This document shows, piece after piece, positions 19,099-30,220 of a DNA stretch of 64,000 nt; position 1 is the first letter of the stretch, and each line of letters starts with the position of its first letter. Origin of the DNA: an uncultured Planctomycetota bacterium (GTDB lineage Bacteria; Planctomycetota; Planctomycetia; Isosphaerales; Isosphaeraceae). Made by a program: the position numbers and the translations under genes. Location: NCBI GenBank assembly GCA_963737655.1, contig CAVTTN010000002.1, positions 7,392,001 to 7,456,000 on the forward strand, read 5' to 3'. The notes under the pieces were generated by a model that saw only the letters and a program-made list of their open reading frames with translations, was not told the DNA's origin and ran no database searches.

Positions 19099-19453
19099 GG
19101 AGAGCCCCCGTCGGACGGGTCGAGGTGACGGGGGATTCTAAGTCGATCGCCCCCTCGGCGGCAATCGGATTGATCGACGAAGGCCCCGCGGACTCGTTCG
19201 GGTCTCGCTCTGGAATCTGGAACTTCCGGGGTGCCCCGGTTCGAGAACCGGGGGAACCCGAACAAACTCCAGATTCGGGAGCGACACCCGACTCGTTCCG
19301 CCGGGGTTGCATCCTCACGGGCATTGAGTATCATGAATCGCTTGCCCCCGGCCCGACGGTGGGTCGGCTTCGCCTGCGCGACGGCCGACGGATCGCCCCG
19401 GGCCGGGCTGTCTGGTTTGCTCGCCTGCCTGTCCGTTCGTCGAGGGATCAGCG

Positions 19454-20787
19454 ATGCCCGAAGTGATGACCACCGACGTCCGCGCGATCATGGACCGCGA
19501 CCCCTTCGACGCCTCCGCCGTGGCCGACCTCCGCGAGGTCCTCGGCCGCGACCCGTCTCGCTATAAGACCTTGCGCGATTCGGTGGCCGCCATCACCGAG
19601 CGCGAAAAGGGGGCGATGAAGCCCCAGACCCACCTCCGCCTGGGCGTGGCCGACGTCATGCTCGGCCGGTACAACGCGGCCCTGGAACACCTGAACAAGG
19701 CCGGCGACACTCACGGCCTCGCCCTGTTCTTCCGCGGCCTCGCCCTCGAGAACCTCATGAAGTGGGCCGAGGCTTCCGAGGCCTTCGCCGCCGCCGCCAA
19801 GGCCGGTTATGACCCGAAGCGCTCCGATTTGCACCGCGTCGGCGCCCTCCGACGCTCCGGCGACCTCCTCGCCGCCCGCAACCTCCTGGAGAAGCTCGAA
19901 GGCACGTCCGGCAGCACGGCCGAGTTCCATTACCAGAAGGGCGCCCTGCTCGCCGCCGAGGGGGAGCTGATCGCCGCATCCTCCGAGTTCGAAAAGACCT
20001 TGGCCTCCGAGCGCGACCATACCGGCGCCCTGTTCGAGCTCGCCTACATCAACGACCTCTACGGCAACGACGAGACGGCCGTCGAGTTCTACAAGCAGTG
20101 CCTCCGCCGCCCTCCGGTGCCCCTGGCCGCCTGGATCAACCTGGGCGTCCTGTACGAGGACGAGATGCGGTTTCGGGACGCCGAGCAGTGCTACCGCCAG
20201 GTGCTCGCCTTCGACGCCAACCACCCCCGGGCCCGGCTCTTCTTCAAGGACTGCCGGGCCAGCCGCGACATGTTCTATGACGAGGAAGCCGAGCGCGGGT
20301 ACGACCGCCTCCGCCAGCTCCTCGAAATCCCCGTGACCGACTTCGAACTCTCGGTCCGCAGCCGCAACTGCTTGCGCAAGATGAACATCCGAACGCTCGG
20401 CGACCTCACCCGGACGACCGAGGCCGCCCTCCTCGCCTCCAAGAATTTCGGCGAGACCTCGCTCTCCGAGATCAAGGAGATGATGACCAGCAAGAGCCTC
20501 CGCCTGGGCATGGCCCTGGAGGCCGGCGAGCGGGCCGGCGCCGCCCACATCGAGCCGATCGAGGAGCTCAGCCAGGAAGAGAAGGCCCTGCTCGCCAAGG
20601 GGATCAGCGAGCTCAACCTCTCGGTCCGGCGCGCAAGTGCATGACCAAGCTCGGGATCCAGACCGTCGGCGACCTGCTCTCCCACACCGGCGATGACCTC
20701 CTCGAATGCAAGAACTTCGGCGTGACGTCCTTGAACGAGGTCCGGGAGAAGCTCACCAGCCTCGGCATGAAGCTCAAGAACGAGTGA
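19454..20787 (+). CDS. TPR-repeat protein with two C-terminal RNA polymerase alpha-CTD-like domains (apparent 1-nt frameshift near 20630)
   Basis: Multiple TPRs, then FELSVRSRNCLRKMNIRTLGDL...KNFGETSL.EI. A second copy LNLSVR/ARKCMTKLGIQTVGDLL...KNFGVTSLNEVREKL continues in the shifted frame to TGA 20785-20787. Confidence 0.88.
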
Positions 20788-21914
20788 CTTCGGACCCTCT
20801 CGGCTTCGCCGTCCTCGACCGCGACCCGCACTCCCGGGCCCGTCGAGGGCGGCTGATCACGCCTCATGGCCTCGTCGAGACGCCGGCCTTCATGCCCGTG
20901 GGCACCCAGGCGACGGTCAAGGGCCTCACGCCCGACCTCGTCCGCCAGGCCGGCTCGACCATGATCCTGGCCAACACCTACCACCTCGCCCTCCGCCCCG
21001 GCGCGGAGGTTGTCGCTCAATTAGGCGGATTACATCGTTTCATGGCCTGGGATGGCCCGATTTTGACCGATTCGGGCGGGTTCCAGGCGTTTAGCATGGC
21101 CGACCGCTCGAAACTGACCGAACGCGGCGTCGCGTTTCGTTCGCACCTCGATGGCCGGTTGCTCGACCTGACCCCGGAAGCGGCCGTGACGATCCAGGAA
21201 CAGCTCGGGGCCGACGTGGCGATGTGCCTCGACCAGTGCCCGGCCCTCCCGGCGTCGAAGGTGGCGATCGCCGACGCGGTGGCGAGGACCGTCCGATGGG
21301 CCCGCCGCTGCCGAGACGCCCACACCCGGGCCGATCAGGCGTTGTTCGGGATCGTCCAGGGGGGAAGCCACGAGGATTTGCGGGCCGAGTGCGCGGAACT
21401 CCTGGTGGAGATGGACTTTCCGGGCTATGCCGTGGGCGGGGTCAGCGTGGGGGAGAGCCGCGAGCAGGTCCGTGAGGCCCTGAGAGTGACCACCCCTCGA
21501 CTTCCCGAGGAGAAACCGCGATACCTGATGGGCGTGGGGCGTCCCGAGGACATCCTGGACGCCGTGGAGACCGGGATCGACCTGTTCGATTGCGTCCTGC
21601 CGACCCGCAATGGCCGGAACGCAACGTGTTTGACGGCCAAAGGTTCGGTCAAGATGAGGAACGCCGCCCACAAGGCCGACCCGGGGCCGATCGAGGCCGG
21701 TTGCGACTGCCTGGCCTGTAGGAAATTCAGCCGGGGCTACATCCGCCACCTGTTCCTGGCCGGCGAGATGCTGGGCCCGATCCTGGCGTCCCTGCATAAC
21801 ATCACATACCTCCACCGGCTGATGCGTGAGATTCGCGAGGCGATATCGGCCGGTCGGTTCGTCCCGTATCGTCTTGAGGCGCTTGAAGCCTTGGGGGCGT
21901 CCACGTTACAGTGA
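20784..21914 (+). CDS. tgt: tRNA-guanine(34) transglycosylase
   Basis: ETPAFMPVGT, LANTYHL, TDSGGFQ, FGIVQGG, YLMGVG, FDCVLPTRNGRN and C.C..C Zn site; GTGA overlap with the upstream stop. Confidence 0.97.
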   Translation: MTSDPLGFAVLDRDPHSRARRGRLITPHGLVETPAFMPVGTQATVKGLTPDLVRQAGSTMILANTYHLALRPGAEVVAQLGGLHRFMAWDGPILTDSGGFQAFSMADRSKLTERGVAFRSHLDGRLLDLTPEAAVTIQEQLGADVAMCLDQCPALPASKVAIADAVARTVRWARRCRDAHTRADQALFGIVQGGSHEDLRAECAELLVEMDFPGYAVGGVSVGESREQVREALRVTTPRLPEEKPRYLMGVGRPEDILDAVETGIDLFDCVLPTRNGRNATCLTAKGSVKMRNAAHKADPGPIEAGCDCLACRKFSRGYIRHLFLAGEMLGPILASLHNITYLHRLMREIREAISAGRFVPYRLEALEALGASTLQ

Positions 21915-21974
21915 GGCTTCGGCCGCCCTTCCTGATCTTCCTCCGCGCCGACTGACCCCCTGGACCCCGCGCCC

Positions 21975-22526
21975 ATGCCCTGGCCGATCGCCCCAGCGTC
22001 GTTCCTGCTCGCCCAAGAAGCCCCGAATAAAGACGGGGCAGTCCAGGCCTTCCCGGGCGGGGAGATGAAGGCGTTCGCCGAGCCCCCGGCCAAGGCCGCC
22101 GCCCCGGCGCCGGCCAAGGCCGATGGCGGCGAGGCCGTCGCCGCCGCGCCCGCCGGCCCGGCCACGAAAACCGGGTCCAAGGCGGCCCCCGTCCCGGCGC
22201 CGGCCGCCGAGGGCGGGCTTCCGCAGATCCTCCTGTTCGCCCCGATTATCGTGATGTTCTATCTCCTGCTGATCCGCCCCCAGCAGAAGCAGGAGAAGCA
22301 GCGAAAATCGATGATCGACGCCCTGAAGAAGAACGACAAGGTGTTGACCTCGGCCGGGATTTACGGAACGGTCGTGTCGGTCGACCCGGCCAACGACAAG
22401 GTCGTGGTCCGGGTCGATGACGACAAGGGGGTCAAGTTCACCTTCAGCAAGGCGAGCATCTCCCGGGTCGTGGAGCCGCAGGCGGAGAAGGAAAAAGAGA
22501 AGGCGTCGGAGCCGTCGTCGTCCTGA
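21975..22526 (+). CDS. yajC: Preprotein translocase subunit YajC with Ala/Pro-rich N-terminal extension
   Basis: FYLLLIRPQQKQEK...LKKNDKVLTSAGIYGTV; lies between tgt and secD. Confidence 0.92.
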   Translation: MPWPIAPASFLLAQEAPNKDGAVQAFPGGEMKAFAEPPAKAAAPAPAKADGGEAVAAAPAGPATKTGSKAAPVPAPAAEGGLPQILLFAPIIVMFYLLLIRPQQKQEKQRKSMIDALKKNDKVLTSAGIYGTVVSVDPANDKVVVRVDDDKGVKFTFSKASISRVVEPQAEKEKEKASEPSSS

Positions 22527-22578
22527 CGGCCCCGTCGCGGAAAGGTCCGAGTCTTCACGATCGCTCGCGGCACTAGGG

Positions 22579-25500
22579 ATGGCCATGAACACGCACGCCA
22601 AACGGTTCCTGTTGATCGGTCTCGTCACTCTGGCCGGGCTGGTCGCCTCGTGGCCTCCGAAAGAGAAGCTCAAGTACGGGATCGACCTCTCGGGAGGGAC
22701 GATCCTGGTCTATGAGGTCAAGGCGGGGCCTCAGCAGACCGACTTCCGCATGGATGACCTGCTCGCCGCGATCAAGCGGCGGGTCAACCCCAACGGGGTC
22801 TTCGACATCCCGATCCGCCCGATCGGCAGCAACCGGATCGAGATCATCCTGCCCCGGGACGAGACCGACCGGGTCGACGAGACCAAGAGGGCGATGACCG
22901 CCGAGGGCTCCCTGGAATTCCGCATCCTCGCCAACGAGAAGCACGACAAGGGCGCCATCGACCGCGCTCGCCCCCAACGGCCTGAACAACCCGCCGAAGG
23001 ATTATCGCTGGGCCAAGCTCGGCGAGCTGGTGACCGGCCAGAACCCGACGCTCAAGGGGAACGTCCTGACCGACCCGGCGCAGTCCTGGGTCCGCAACCG
23101 CTACGCCGAGCCGACCAAGGTCCTGCTCGTCGGCAAGGACGCCGCCGGCCAGACGAAGGAGATCTTCGTCACGATCGCCGCCAACGACGTCAACAGCCTG
23201 ACGCTCGACCCGACCAAGGCGATCCGGCCCTCGGAGAATGACCCGAACGAACGGCCGCGATATATCAACATCGGCAAGGTCTCGGACTATTTCAAGACGA
23301 TCGACAAGTACGAGATCGATTACAACCCCAGCCGGATCAGCCCGACCCGCAGCCGGGACGCGATCGTCCGCGAGAGGGCCCGGGGCAAGGGGTTCGTCGA
23401 GCGGTTCATCCTCCTGCACCTCGACCGCCAGAACGTCACCGGCGAGAACCTCGCCAACGTCTTCAACACGACCGACCAGAGGCTCCAGCCGGCCGTCGGA
23501 TTCCTGTTCAACGCCGCCGGAGGCCGGAAATTCGGCACGTTGACCCGCGAGCACCTGCCCGAGGAAGAGAGCCGGTTCTACTACCACCTGGCCATCCTCC
23601 TGGACAATCAGGTGATGTCGGCCCCGATCATCAAGTCGGAGATCAACGACCAGGGCGTGATCGAGGGGATGCCGGTCCGCGAGGTCGGGCGATTGATCGA
23701 GATCCTCCGCGCCGGCCGCCTGCCGGCCACCCTCAACCCGACCCCTCTCCTGGAAGAGAAGGTCGGCGCCACCCTCGGGCAGGACACGATCGAGAAGGGC
23801 GTCCGGGCGATCGCCATCTCGATGTTCGTCGTGCCGATCTTCATGATCCTCTATTACCGCTTCGCCGGCGTGGTGGCGGTCGTGGCGCTGATCCTGAACA
23901 TGCTGTTGCTCGTCGGCACGATGGCGATCACCAATTCGAGCATCACCCTGCCGGGCCTGGCCGGGCTGGCGCTGACGATCGGCATGGCCGTCGACGCGAA
24001 CGTGCTGATCTTCGAGCGGATGCGCGAGGAGGCCGAACGCGGGGCGAGCATGGCCCAGCAGATCCGCAACGGCTTCAGCCGGGCCTGGACGACGATCCTC
24101 GACTCGCACGTGACCACCATCCTCTCCGGCGTGGTCCTGTTCGCGATCGGCACCGAGGAGGTCAAGGGGTTCGCGCTGACCTTGATCATCGGCCTTCTGA
24201 TCAACCTGTTCACGGCGGTTTATGTCTCTCGGGTGATCTTCGACTACTGGTACTCCAAGGGCTGGCTGAAGCGCCTGACGATGTACAAGATGCTCGATAA
24301 GACGAACATCGACTTCGTCGGCCCGAGGAAGATCTGCATGGCCGTCTCCCTGGTCCTGATCCTGATCGGGGTGGGGATCGCGGCCTATCGCTGGAACAGC
24401 TTGCTCAACATCGACTTCACCGGCGGGACTTTGGTGACGATCCAGCTCGATCCCAACGCGCCGGAGGTCAAGTCGAAGTCCCCGGGTCAGAGGGCCGCGT
24501 ACGTCCGGGAGCTGGCCGCCCAGGCGCTGCCCGATACCTCGGTGGAGGCCCTGAACCTCGGCGACGAGGAGGCCGGCCTGCGGTTCAACATCCGCACCAC
24601 GGAGGAGAACGCCAAGGAGGACGGCGCCGCCGCCGGATCGGCCGACAAGAACAACGTCCAGGCCAAGATCCTGGCGAAGTTCGAGCCGATCCTCTCCCGC
24701 CTGGAGATGACCAGCTCGGCGCCCGAGGCGCTCCCCGCCGCGCCGAAGGACGCCGTGGGCGAGTCGTCCGAGCGGTTCCCCGGCGGCCGTCGCTATCTGC
24801 TGAGCTTCAACCGCCCGGTGGCCGAGCCCGAGGTGATCCAGGCCAAGCTGCTGGACATCCTCCGCAAGGACGGCGTGGCGAACCCGGAGACCCGCGTCCT
24901 CGTCGATCGCCCCGTTTTGCCCAACGGCCAGGCCGCCCTGGATCAGAAGCAGGTCTACCTGACCACGGACCTCGACGCCGCGACCACCGGCGCCACCGAC
25001 AAGCCCGGGACCGTCCTGGGGAAACTGGCCGTGGCCCTTCGCAACGACCCGAATCAACTGTTCGAGCGCGTCTCGATCTTCGGAGGGGCCGTCGCCAAGG
25101 ATACGCGGACGCTCGCCATCATGGCCATCGTCGCGAGCTGGCTGATCATGGTCGCCTACCTCTGGTTCCGCTTCAAGTCCGTGACCTACGGCGTGGCGGC
25201 GGTGATCGCGCTGGTCCACGACGTCCTGATCACGCTCGGGGCCGTCGCGCTGTCGCCCTACAAGATCGACCTGCCGATGATCGCCGCGTTCCTCACCCTG
25301 ATCGGGTTCTCGGTCAATGACACGATCGTCATCTTCGACCGAATCCGCGAGATCAAGGGGAAGACGCCGGTCCTGACCACGCAGATGATCAACGACGCGA
25401 TCAACCAGACCCTCAGCCGGACGATCCTCACCTCCTTGACCGCCTGGCTCGTCGTGGTGATCATGTGGCTGTTCGGCGGCGAGGGGCTGGCTGGCTTCTC

Positions 25501-25639
25501 GTTCTGCCTCGTGGTCGGGTTCCTCAGCGGAACCTACAGCACGGTCTACATCGCCACGCCGATCCTCGTGGATTGGGTGAGCCGGGACAAGACCCAGCCG
25601 GCCCCCCAGAAGTCCAAGACGGCCCTGGCGAAGGCGTGA
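22579..25639 (+). CDS. secDF: Fused protein translocase subunit SecDF (apparent frameshift near 22965)
   Basis: N-part KLKYGIDLSGGTILVY (ORF 22417..); C-part LAILLDN, VGATLGQD, TLPGLAGLALTIGMAVDANVLIFERMREE, IDFTGG and GFSVNDTIVIFDRIRE (ORF 23030..25639). Confidence 0.93.
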
Positions 25640-25668
25640 ACTCGTCGGGCGGGTGGTTGATTGGCATC

Positions 25669-25819
25669 ATGTCGGGTGCATGAAATGCACCACTCACGCG
25701 GCGGCCATCGGCCGCCCGCCGTTCCCGGCTTCCCGTTCGCCAAGGGTGGGCGCGGAAACACGGGGATGGTGGGCGGCTTTCCGCCGCCGCGTGAGTGGTG
25801 CATTTCATGCACCCTACAT
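25669..25819. repeat. Family-A REPIN (36-bp inverted arms, 35/36 matched) between convergent secDF and birA
   Basis: ATGTCGGGTGCATGAAATGCACCACTCACGCGGCGG (25669-25704) / CCGCCGCGTGAGTGGTGCATTTCATGCACCCTACAT (25784-25819). Interior GGCGGCCATCGGCCGCC also occurs, inverted, in the 9.8-kb element. Confidence 0.92.
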
Positions 25820-25830
25820 CGCGGTGCATC

Positions 25831-26607
25831 TCACCCGCCCGATGGGCCTCGCAGCACCTGGCCGGCGTGAACGGTGCGGATGCCGCCCTCGGTGGCGATC
25901 CGCAGGCCCCCGCTCGGGTCGATGCCCGCCCCGAGGCCCGAGATGACCTCTCCGAGCAGGGACAGCCGCACCGATCGGCCGATCAGGCTGTCGCGTTCGG
26001 CCGATTCCTGGGCGAGTTCGGGCGAGTCGCTCGCGAGTTGCTCGATGGCTTGAATGAATCCTCGGTAAAGGGCGTCCCCCAGCCCGATGGTCGCCAACGT
26101 CCGGCCGGCGATCTCCTGCAAGGTGGTCGCCATCGCCTGGACCTCGGCCGGGGCCCGGGCGAGGTCCGTCGAGACGTTCAGGCCGATGCCGATCAACAGG
26201 CAATCCCCGTGGCGCTCGGGGAGGATTCCGCCGAATTTCCGGCCGTCGCATTCGAGGTCGTTCGGCCAGCGGATCGCCAGCCGGCCTCGGGGGATTCCCC
26301 AGCGTTCGAGCCCCCGGATCAGGCCGACGGCGGTGGCCAGGGAGGCCCGGGGCCAATGCTCGGGCCGGAGCGAGGACACCGCATCGGGCAAGACGGCCGT
26401 GAGCGTGATCGAGCCTTCATCCGAGAACCAGGAATGATCCCCCCGGCCTCGACCGGCCGTTTGCTTGCGGGCGACCACGAACCACGGGGGCGGCGGAGTC
26501 GGCGCGCCGAGGTCGATCCGGAGCTTGGCCTCGTCGTTGGTGGACGTGGCCTCGTCCAGGAAGACCGCGTGATCGGCCAGGATTCCGCCGTCCTCGCGTC
26601 GGAGCAT
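25831..26607 (-). CDS. birA: Biotin--[acetyl-CoA-carboxylase] ligase (no N-terminal HTH)
   Basis: STND, QTAGRGRG...W.S, RWPNDL...GRKFGGIL, IGIGLNV and GID.SGGL; directly downstream of pyc. Confidence 0.9.
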   Translation of the reverse strand: MLRREDGGILADHAVFLDEATSTNDEAKLRIDLGAPTPPPPWFVVARKQTAGRGRGDHSWFSDEGSITLTAVLPDAVSSLRPEHWPRASLATAVGLIRGLERWGIPRGRLAIRWPNDLECDGRKFGGILPERHGDCLLIGIGLNVSTDLARAPAEVQAMATTLQEIAGRTLATIGLGDALYRGFIQAIEQLASDSPELAQESAERDSLIGRSVRLSLLGEVISGLGAGIDPSGGLRIATEGGIRTVHAGQVLRGPSGG

Positions 26608-26623
26608 GCTCGGGTCCGCCCGA

Positions 26624-29600
26624 TCAGGAGGCGGTCATCCTCACCAGGAGGTCGCCGGTCTTGACCTGCCGCCCCACGGCCGCGAGGACCTCGGCCACCC
26701 GGCCGGGCCGTTCGGCATAGAGGGTGGTTTCCATCTTCATGGCCTCGATCGAGAGCAGCTTCTGCCCCTTGCGGATGGCGTCGCCGGCCTGGACGGCCAC
26801 GCCCACGACCAATCCCGGCAGGGGCGAGCCGACCTGGAGGGGGTCGCTCGGGTCGGCCTTCGGCGCCTCGATCACGGCCGAGGCGAGCGATCGATCGACG
26901 ACCGAGACCTCTCGGGGCTGGCCGTTGAGCTCGAAGAAGACGGTCCGCTGGCCGTCGGCCTGCGGTTCGCCCACCGCCAGGAGCTTGAGGATCAGCGTCT
27001 TGCCCGGCTCGATCTCGACGAGGTTCTCGGTCAACTCCTCGGGCCCGAAGAAGAACAGCGGCGTGGGCAAGACCGACGTATCGCCGAACTTCCTCAGGTG
27101 GGCCGCCAGGTCGGGGAAGACGCGGGGGTAGATCGTCAGGCTCAGCGCGTCGCGTTCGGAGGCCGGCTCGCCGAGCAGTTCGCTCGCCTTCTTCCGGGCC
27201 GCGACGAGGTCGGCGTCGGGCAAGTCCGCGCCCGGGCGCTCGGTCTTCGCCGGCCGGCCCTTCAAGATCCTTTCCTGCAAGGGCTTCGGGAACCCTCCCG
27301 GCGGCTGGCCGAGCCGGCCCTCGAAGAACTCGACGACGCTTTCCGGGAAGGCGAGCTCCCGGGACGGGTCCAGCGTGTCCTCGGGCGCCAGGTTGTTCGC
27401 GACGAGGAACAAGGCCATGTCGCCCACGACCTTGGACGACGGCGTGACCTTCACGATGTCGCCGAACAGAATGTTCACGTCGGAATACGCCTTGCAAACC
27501 TCCGGCCACCGCGACGCCAGGCCCAAAGCCTTGGCCTGCTGGAACAGGTTGGTGTACTGGCCGCCGGGCATCTCGTAAGCGTAGACCTCGGCCGAGGGCG
27601 CTTGCAGGCCGGATTCGAAGGGGGCGTACATGGCGCGGACCTCGCCCCAGTAGCGGCTCAATTCGATCAGCACGGCCGGGTCGAGGCCGGTCTCGCGGTC
27701 GGTGAACCGGAGGGATTCGACGATCGCGTTGAGGCTGGGCTGGGAGGTCAGGCCCGACATGCTCGCGATCGCGCCGTCGGCGACGTCCAGGCCCTGGTTC
27801 GAGGCTTCCAGCACGCTGGCCGCCTGGGCCCCGCCGATGTCGTGGGTGTGGAAGTGGATCGGCACGCCGACGGCCTCGCGGAGCGCCTTGACCAGCCTCG
27901 CCGCGGCGAACGGCTTGCAGAGGCCGGCCATGTCCTTGATGGCGATCAGGTTGGCGCCCCTCTTCTCGAGGTCCTTCGCCATCTCGACATAATATTTCAG
28001 GTCATACTTGGTGCGTTTCGGGTCGGAGATGTCGCCGGTGTAGCAGATCGCCGCCTCGCAGAGGGCGCCGGACTCGCGGACGGCGTCGAGCGCCACGGCC
28101 ATGTTCGGCACCCAGTTCAGCGAGTCGAACACGCGGAACAGGTCGATCCCGGCGGCCGCCGAGTCCTTCACGAACGCGCGGACGACGTTGTCCGGATAGC
28201 TCGTGTAGCCGACGGCGTTCGACCCCCGGAGCAGCATCTGGAACAGGATATTCGGGATCTTCTCGCGGAGGAGGGCCAGGCGTTCCCACGGGTCTTCCTT
28301 GAGGAACCTCATGGACGTGTCGAACGTGGCGCCGCCCCACATCTCGATGGAGAACAGCCCGGGGCAGAGCCTCGCATACGCGTCGGCGGCGCGGAGCATG
28401 TCGCGGGTCCGCAGCCGGGTGGCCAGGAGCGACTGGTGGGCGTCCCGGAACGTGGTGTCGGTCAGCAACAGCGGCGTCTGGTCGCGGACCCACTTCGAGA
28501 ACCCCTCGGGTCCCAGCTCGACGAGCTTCTGCCGGGACCCCGAATGGATCGGCGCGGCGAGGTCGCAGGCCGGAGGGGTGGGCTCGCCCGAGACCGAGTA
28601 CGATTCGGGCTTCGCCAGGCCGGGGAAGCCGTTGACGATCACCTCCGCCGCGTAGGTGAGGAGCTTCGAGGCCCGGTCCTGCCGGATCGGGAACCGGAAC
28701 AGGTCGGGCGTCTGGTCGATGAACCGGGTCGTGCAGAGGCCGGCGCGGAAGTCGGGGTGATTGACCACGTTCAGGAGGAACGGGATGTTCGTCTTCACGC
28801 CCCGGATGCGGAATTCCTGGAGGGCCCGCTCCATCCGCAAGACGGCGTCGATGAACCGCCGGCCCTGGGCCGAGACCTTCACGAGCAAGGAGTCATAGAA
28901 CGGCGTGACGATCCCGCCGGTGATCCCGGGTCCGCCGTCGAGCCGGATTCCCAGCCCTCCGGCCGATCGGTAGTGGGTGATCCGGCCATAATCGGGCGTG
29001 AATTTGTTCGCGGGGTCCTCGGTCGTGATCCGGCACTGGAACGCGTAGCCGTTGACCTTCACGGCGTCCTGGCTCGGCAGGTCGATCTCGGGATCGCTCA
29101 GGGGGGACCCCTGGGCGATCAGGATCTGGCTCTTCACGAGGTCCACGCCGGTGACCATCTCGGTGACGGTGTGCTCGACCTGGATTCGCGGGTTGACCTC
29201 GATGAAGTAGAACTTGCCGGAGTCGGCATCGACGAGGAACTCGACGGTCCCGGCGTTCTCGTAGCCGACCTTGCGGCCGATCGCGATGGCGGCGTCGCAC
29301 ACGCCCGCCTTGGCCGCCGGGTTGAGGTTCACCGAGGGGGCGATCTCGACGACCTTCTGGTGCCGCCTCTGCACCGAGCAATCCCGCTCGAAGAGGTGGA
29401 CGAGCCCGCCGTGCTTGTCGCCGAGGAGCTGCACTTCGATGTGCTTGGCGCGGGTGATGAACTTTTCGAGGAAGACGTCGGGGCAGCCGAACGCGGCATC
29501 GGCCTCGCGGCGGGCCTGATCGAGCGCGGAGTCGAGGTCCTCGACCTTCTCCACGACCCTCATCCCTCGGCCCCCGCCGCCCATCGACGCCTTGACGATG

Positions 29601-30073
29601 ATGGGGAAGCCCAGCGATTCGGCAACGGCCCGGGCGTCGGGCCCGGGGACGACCGGCTCGGGGCTGCCGCCGACGATCGGCACGCCGGCCTCCTCGGCGA
29701 TCTTCCGGGCGGCGACCTTGTCGCCCAGCATGTCGAGCAGCTCGGGTCGAGGGCCGACGAACGTGATCCCCGCCCCCTCGCACGCGCGGGCGAACCCCGA
29801 ATTCTCGGAGAGGAAGCCATAGCCCGGGTGGATCGCGTCCACGTCCTTGGCCTTCGCCAGCTCGACGATGGCCGGGATGTTCAGATAAGAGCGGATCGGC
29901 TCGCCGGCCTGGCCGATCTGGTACGCCTCATCCGCCTTGGAGCGATGGGTGGCGAAACGGTCCTCGTGCGAAAAGATCGCCACGGTCCTCAGGCCCAGCT
30001 CGTGGGCGGACCGGAAGACTCGGATGGCGATTTCCCCACGATTGGCGACGAGGAGCTTGCGGAACTCGGGCAT
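26624..30073 (-). CDS. pyc: Pyruvate carboxylase
   Basis: LVANRGEIAIR, HPGYGFLSE, RDCSVQRRHQK, DTTFRDAHQSLLATR, WGGATFD, IKDMAG, HTHD and EAMKM biotin motif. Confidence 0.98.
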   Translation of the reverse strand: MPEFRKLLVANRGEIAIRVFRSAHELGLRTVAIFSHEDRFATHRSKADEAYQIGQAGEPIRSYLNIPAIVELAKAKDVDAIHPGYGFLSENSGFARACEGAGITFVGPRPELLDMLGDKVAARKIAEEAGVPIVGGSPEPVVPGPDARAVAESLGFPIIVKASMGGGGRGMRVVEKVEDLDSALDQARREADAAFGCPDVFLEKFITRAKHIEVQLLGDKHGGLVHLFERDCSVQRRHQKVVEIAPSVNLNPAAKAGVCDAAIAIGRKVGYENAGTVEFLVDADSGKFYFIEVNPRIQVEHTVTEMVTGVDLVKSQILIAQGSPLSDPEIDLPSQDAVKVNGYAFQCRITTEDPANKFTPDYGRITHYRSAGGLGIRLDGGPGITGGIVTPFYDSLLVKVSAQGRRFIDAVLRMERALQEFRIRGVKTNIPFLLNVVNHPDFRAGLCTTRFIDQTPDLFRFPIRQDRASKLLTYAAEVIVNGFPGLAKPESYSVSGEPTPPACDLAAPIHSGSRQKLVELGPEGFSKWVRDQTPLLLTDTTFRDAHQSLLATRLRTRDMLRAADAYARLCPGLFSIEMWGGATFDTSMRFLKEDPWERLALLREKIPNILFQMLLRGSNAVGYTSYPDNVVRAFVKDSAAAGIDLFRVFDSLNWVPNMAVALDAVRESGALCEAAICYTGDISDPKRTKYDLKYYVEMAKDLEKRGANLIAIKDMAGLCKPFAAARLVKALREAVGVPIHFHTHDIGGAQAASVLEASNQGLDVADGAIASMSGLTSQPSLNAIVESLRFTDRETGLDPAVLIELSRYWGEVRAMYAPFESGLQAPSAEVYAYEMPGGQYTNLFQQAKALGLASRWPEVCKAYSDVNILFGDIVKVTPSSKVVGDMALFLVANNLAPEDTLDPSRELAFPESVVEFFEGRLGQPPGGFPKPLQERILKGRPAKTERPGADLPDADLVAARKKASELLGEPASERDALSLTIYPRVFPDLAAHLRKFGDTSVLPTPLFFFGPEELTENLVEIEPGKTLILKLLAVGEPQADGQRTVFFELNGQPREVSVVDRSLASAVIEAPKADPSDPLQVGSPLPGLVVGVAVQAGDAIRKGQKLLSIEAMKMETTLYAERPGRVAEVLAAVGRQVKTGDLLVRMTAS

Positions 30074-30220
30074 CGAGGGTGCGTCCCGGCGGGGTCCGGT
30101 GAATGTTCGGCAGACATCGTACCGGAAGGGGCCGCCCGGGGCGAGATAGGGATGTCGGAGTCTCGCGATGTCCGGCCCGGTCCCGGGGCGAGTGTCCCCG
30201 GGACCGGGGCTTCGGTCGGT

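Noticed and set aside
20600..23000. Programmed ribosomal frameshifting in the alpha-CTD gene or secDF
   Set aside because: There are no slippery heptamers at the shift sites, and the same indel pattern recurs across unrelated genes, favouring sequencing error.
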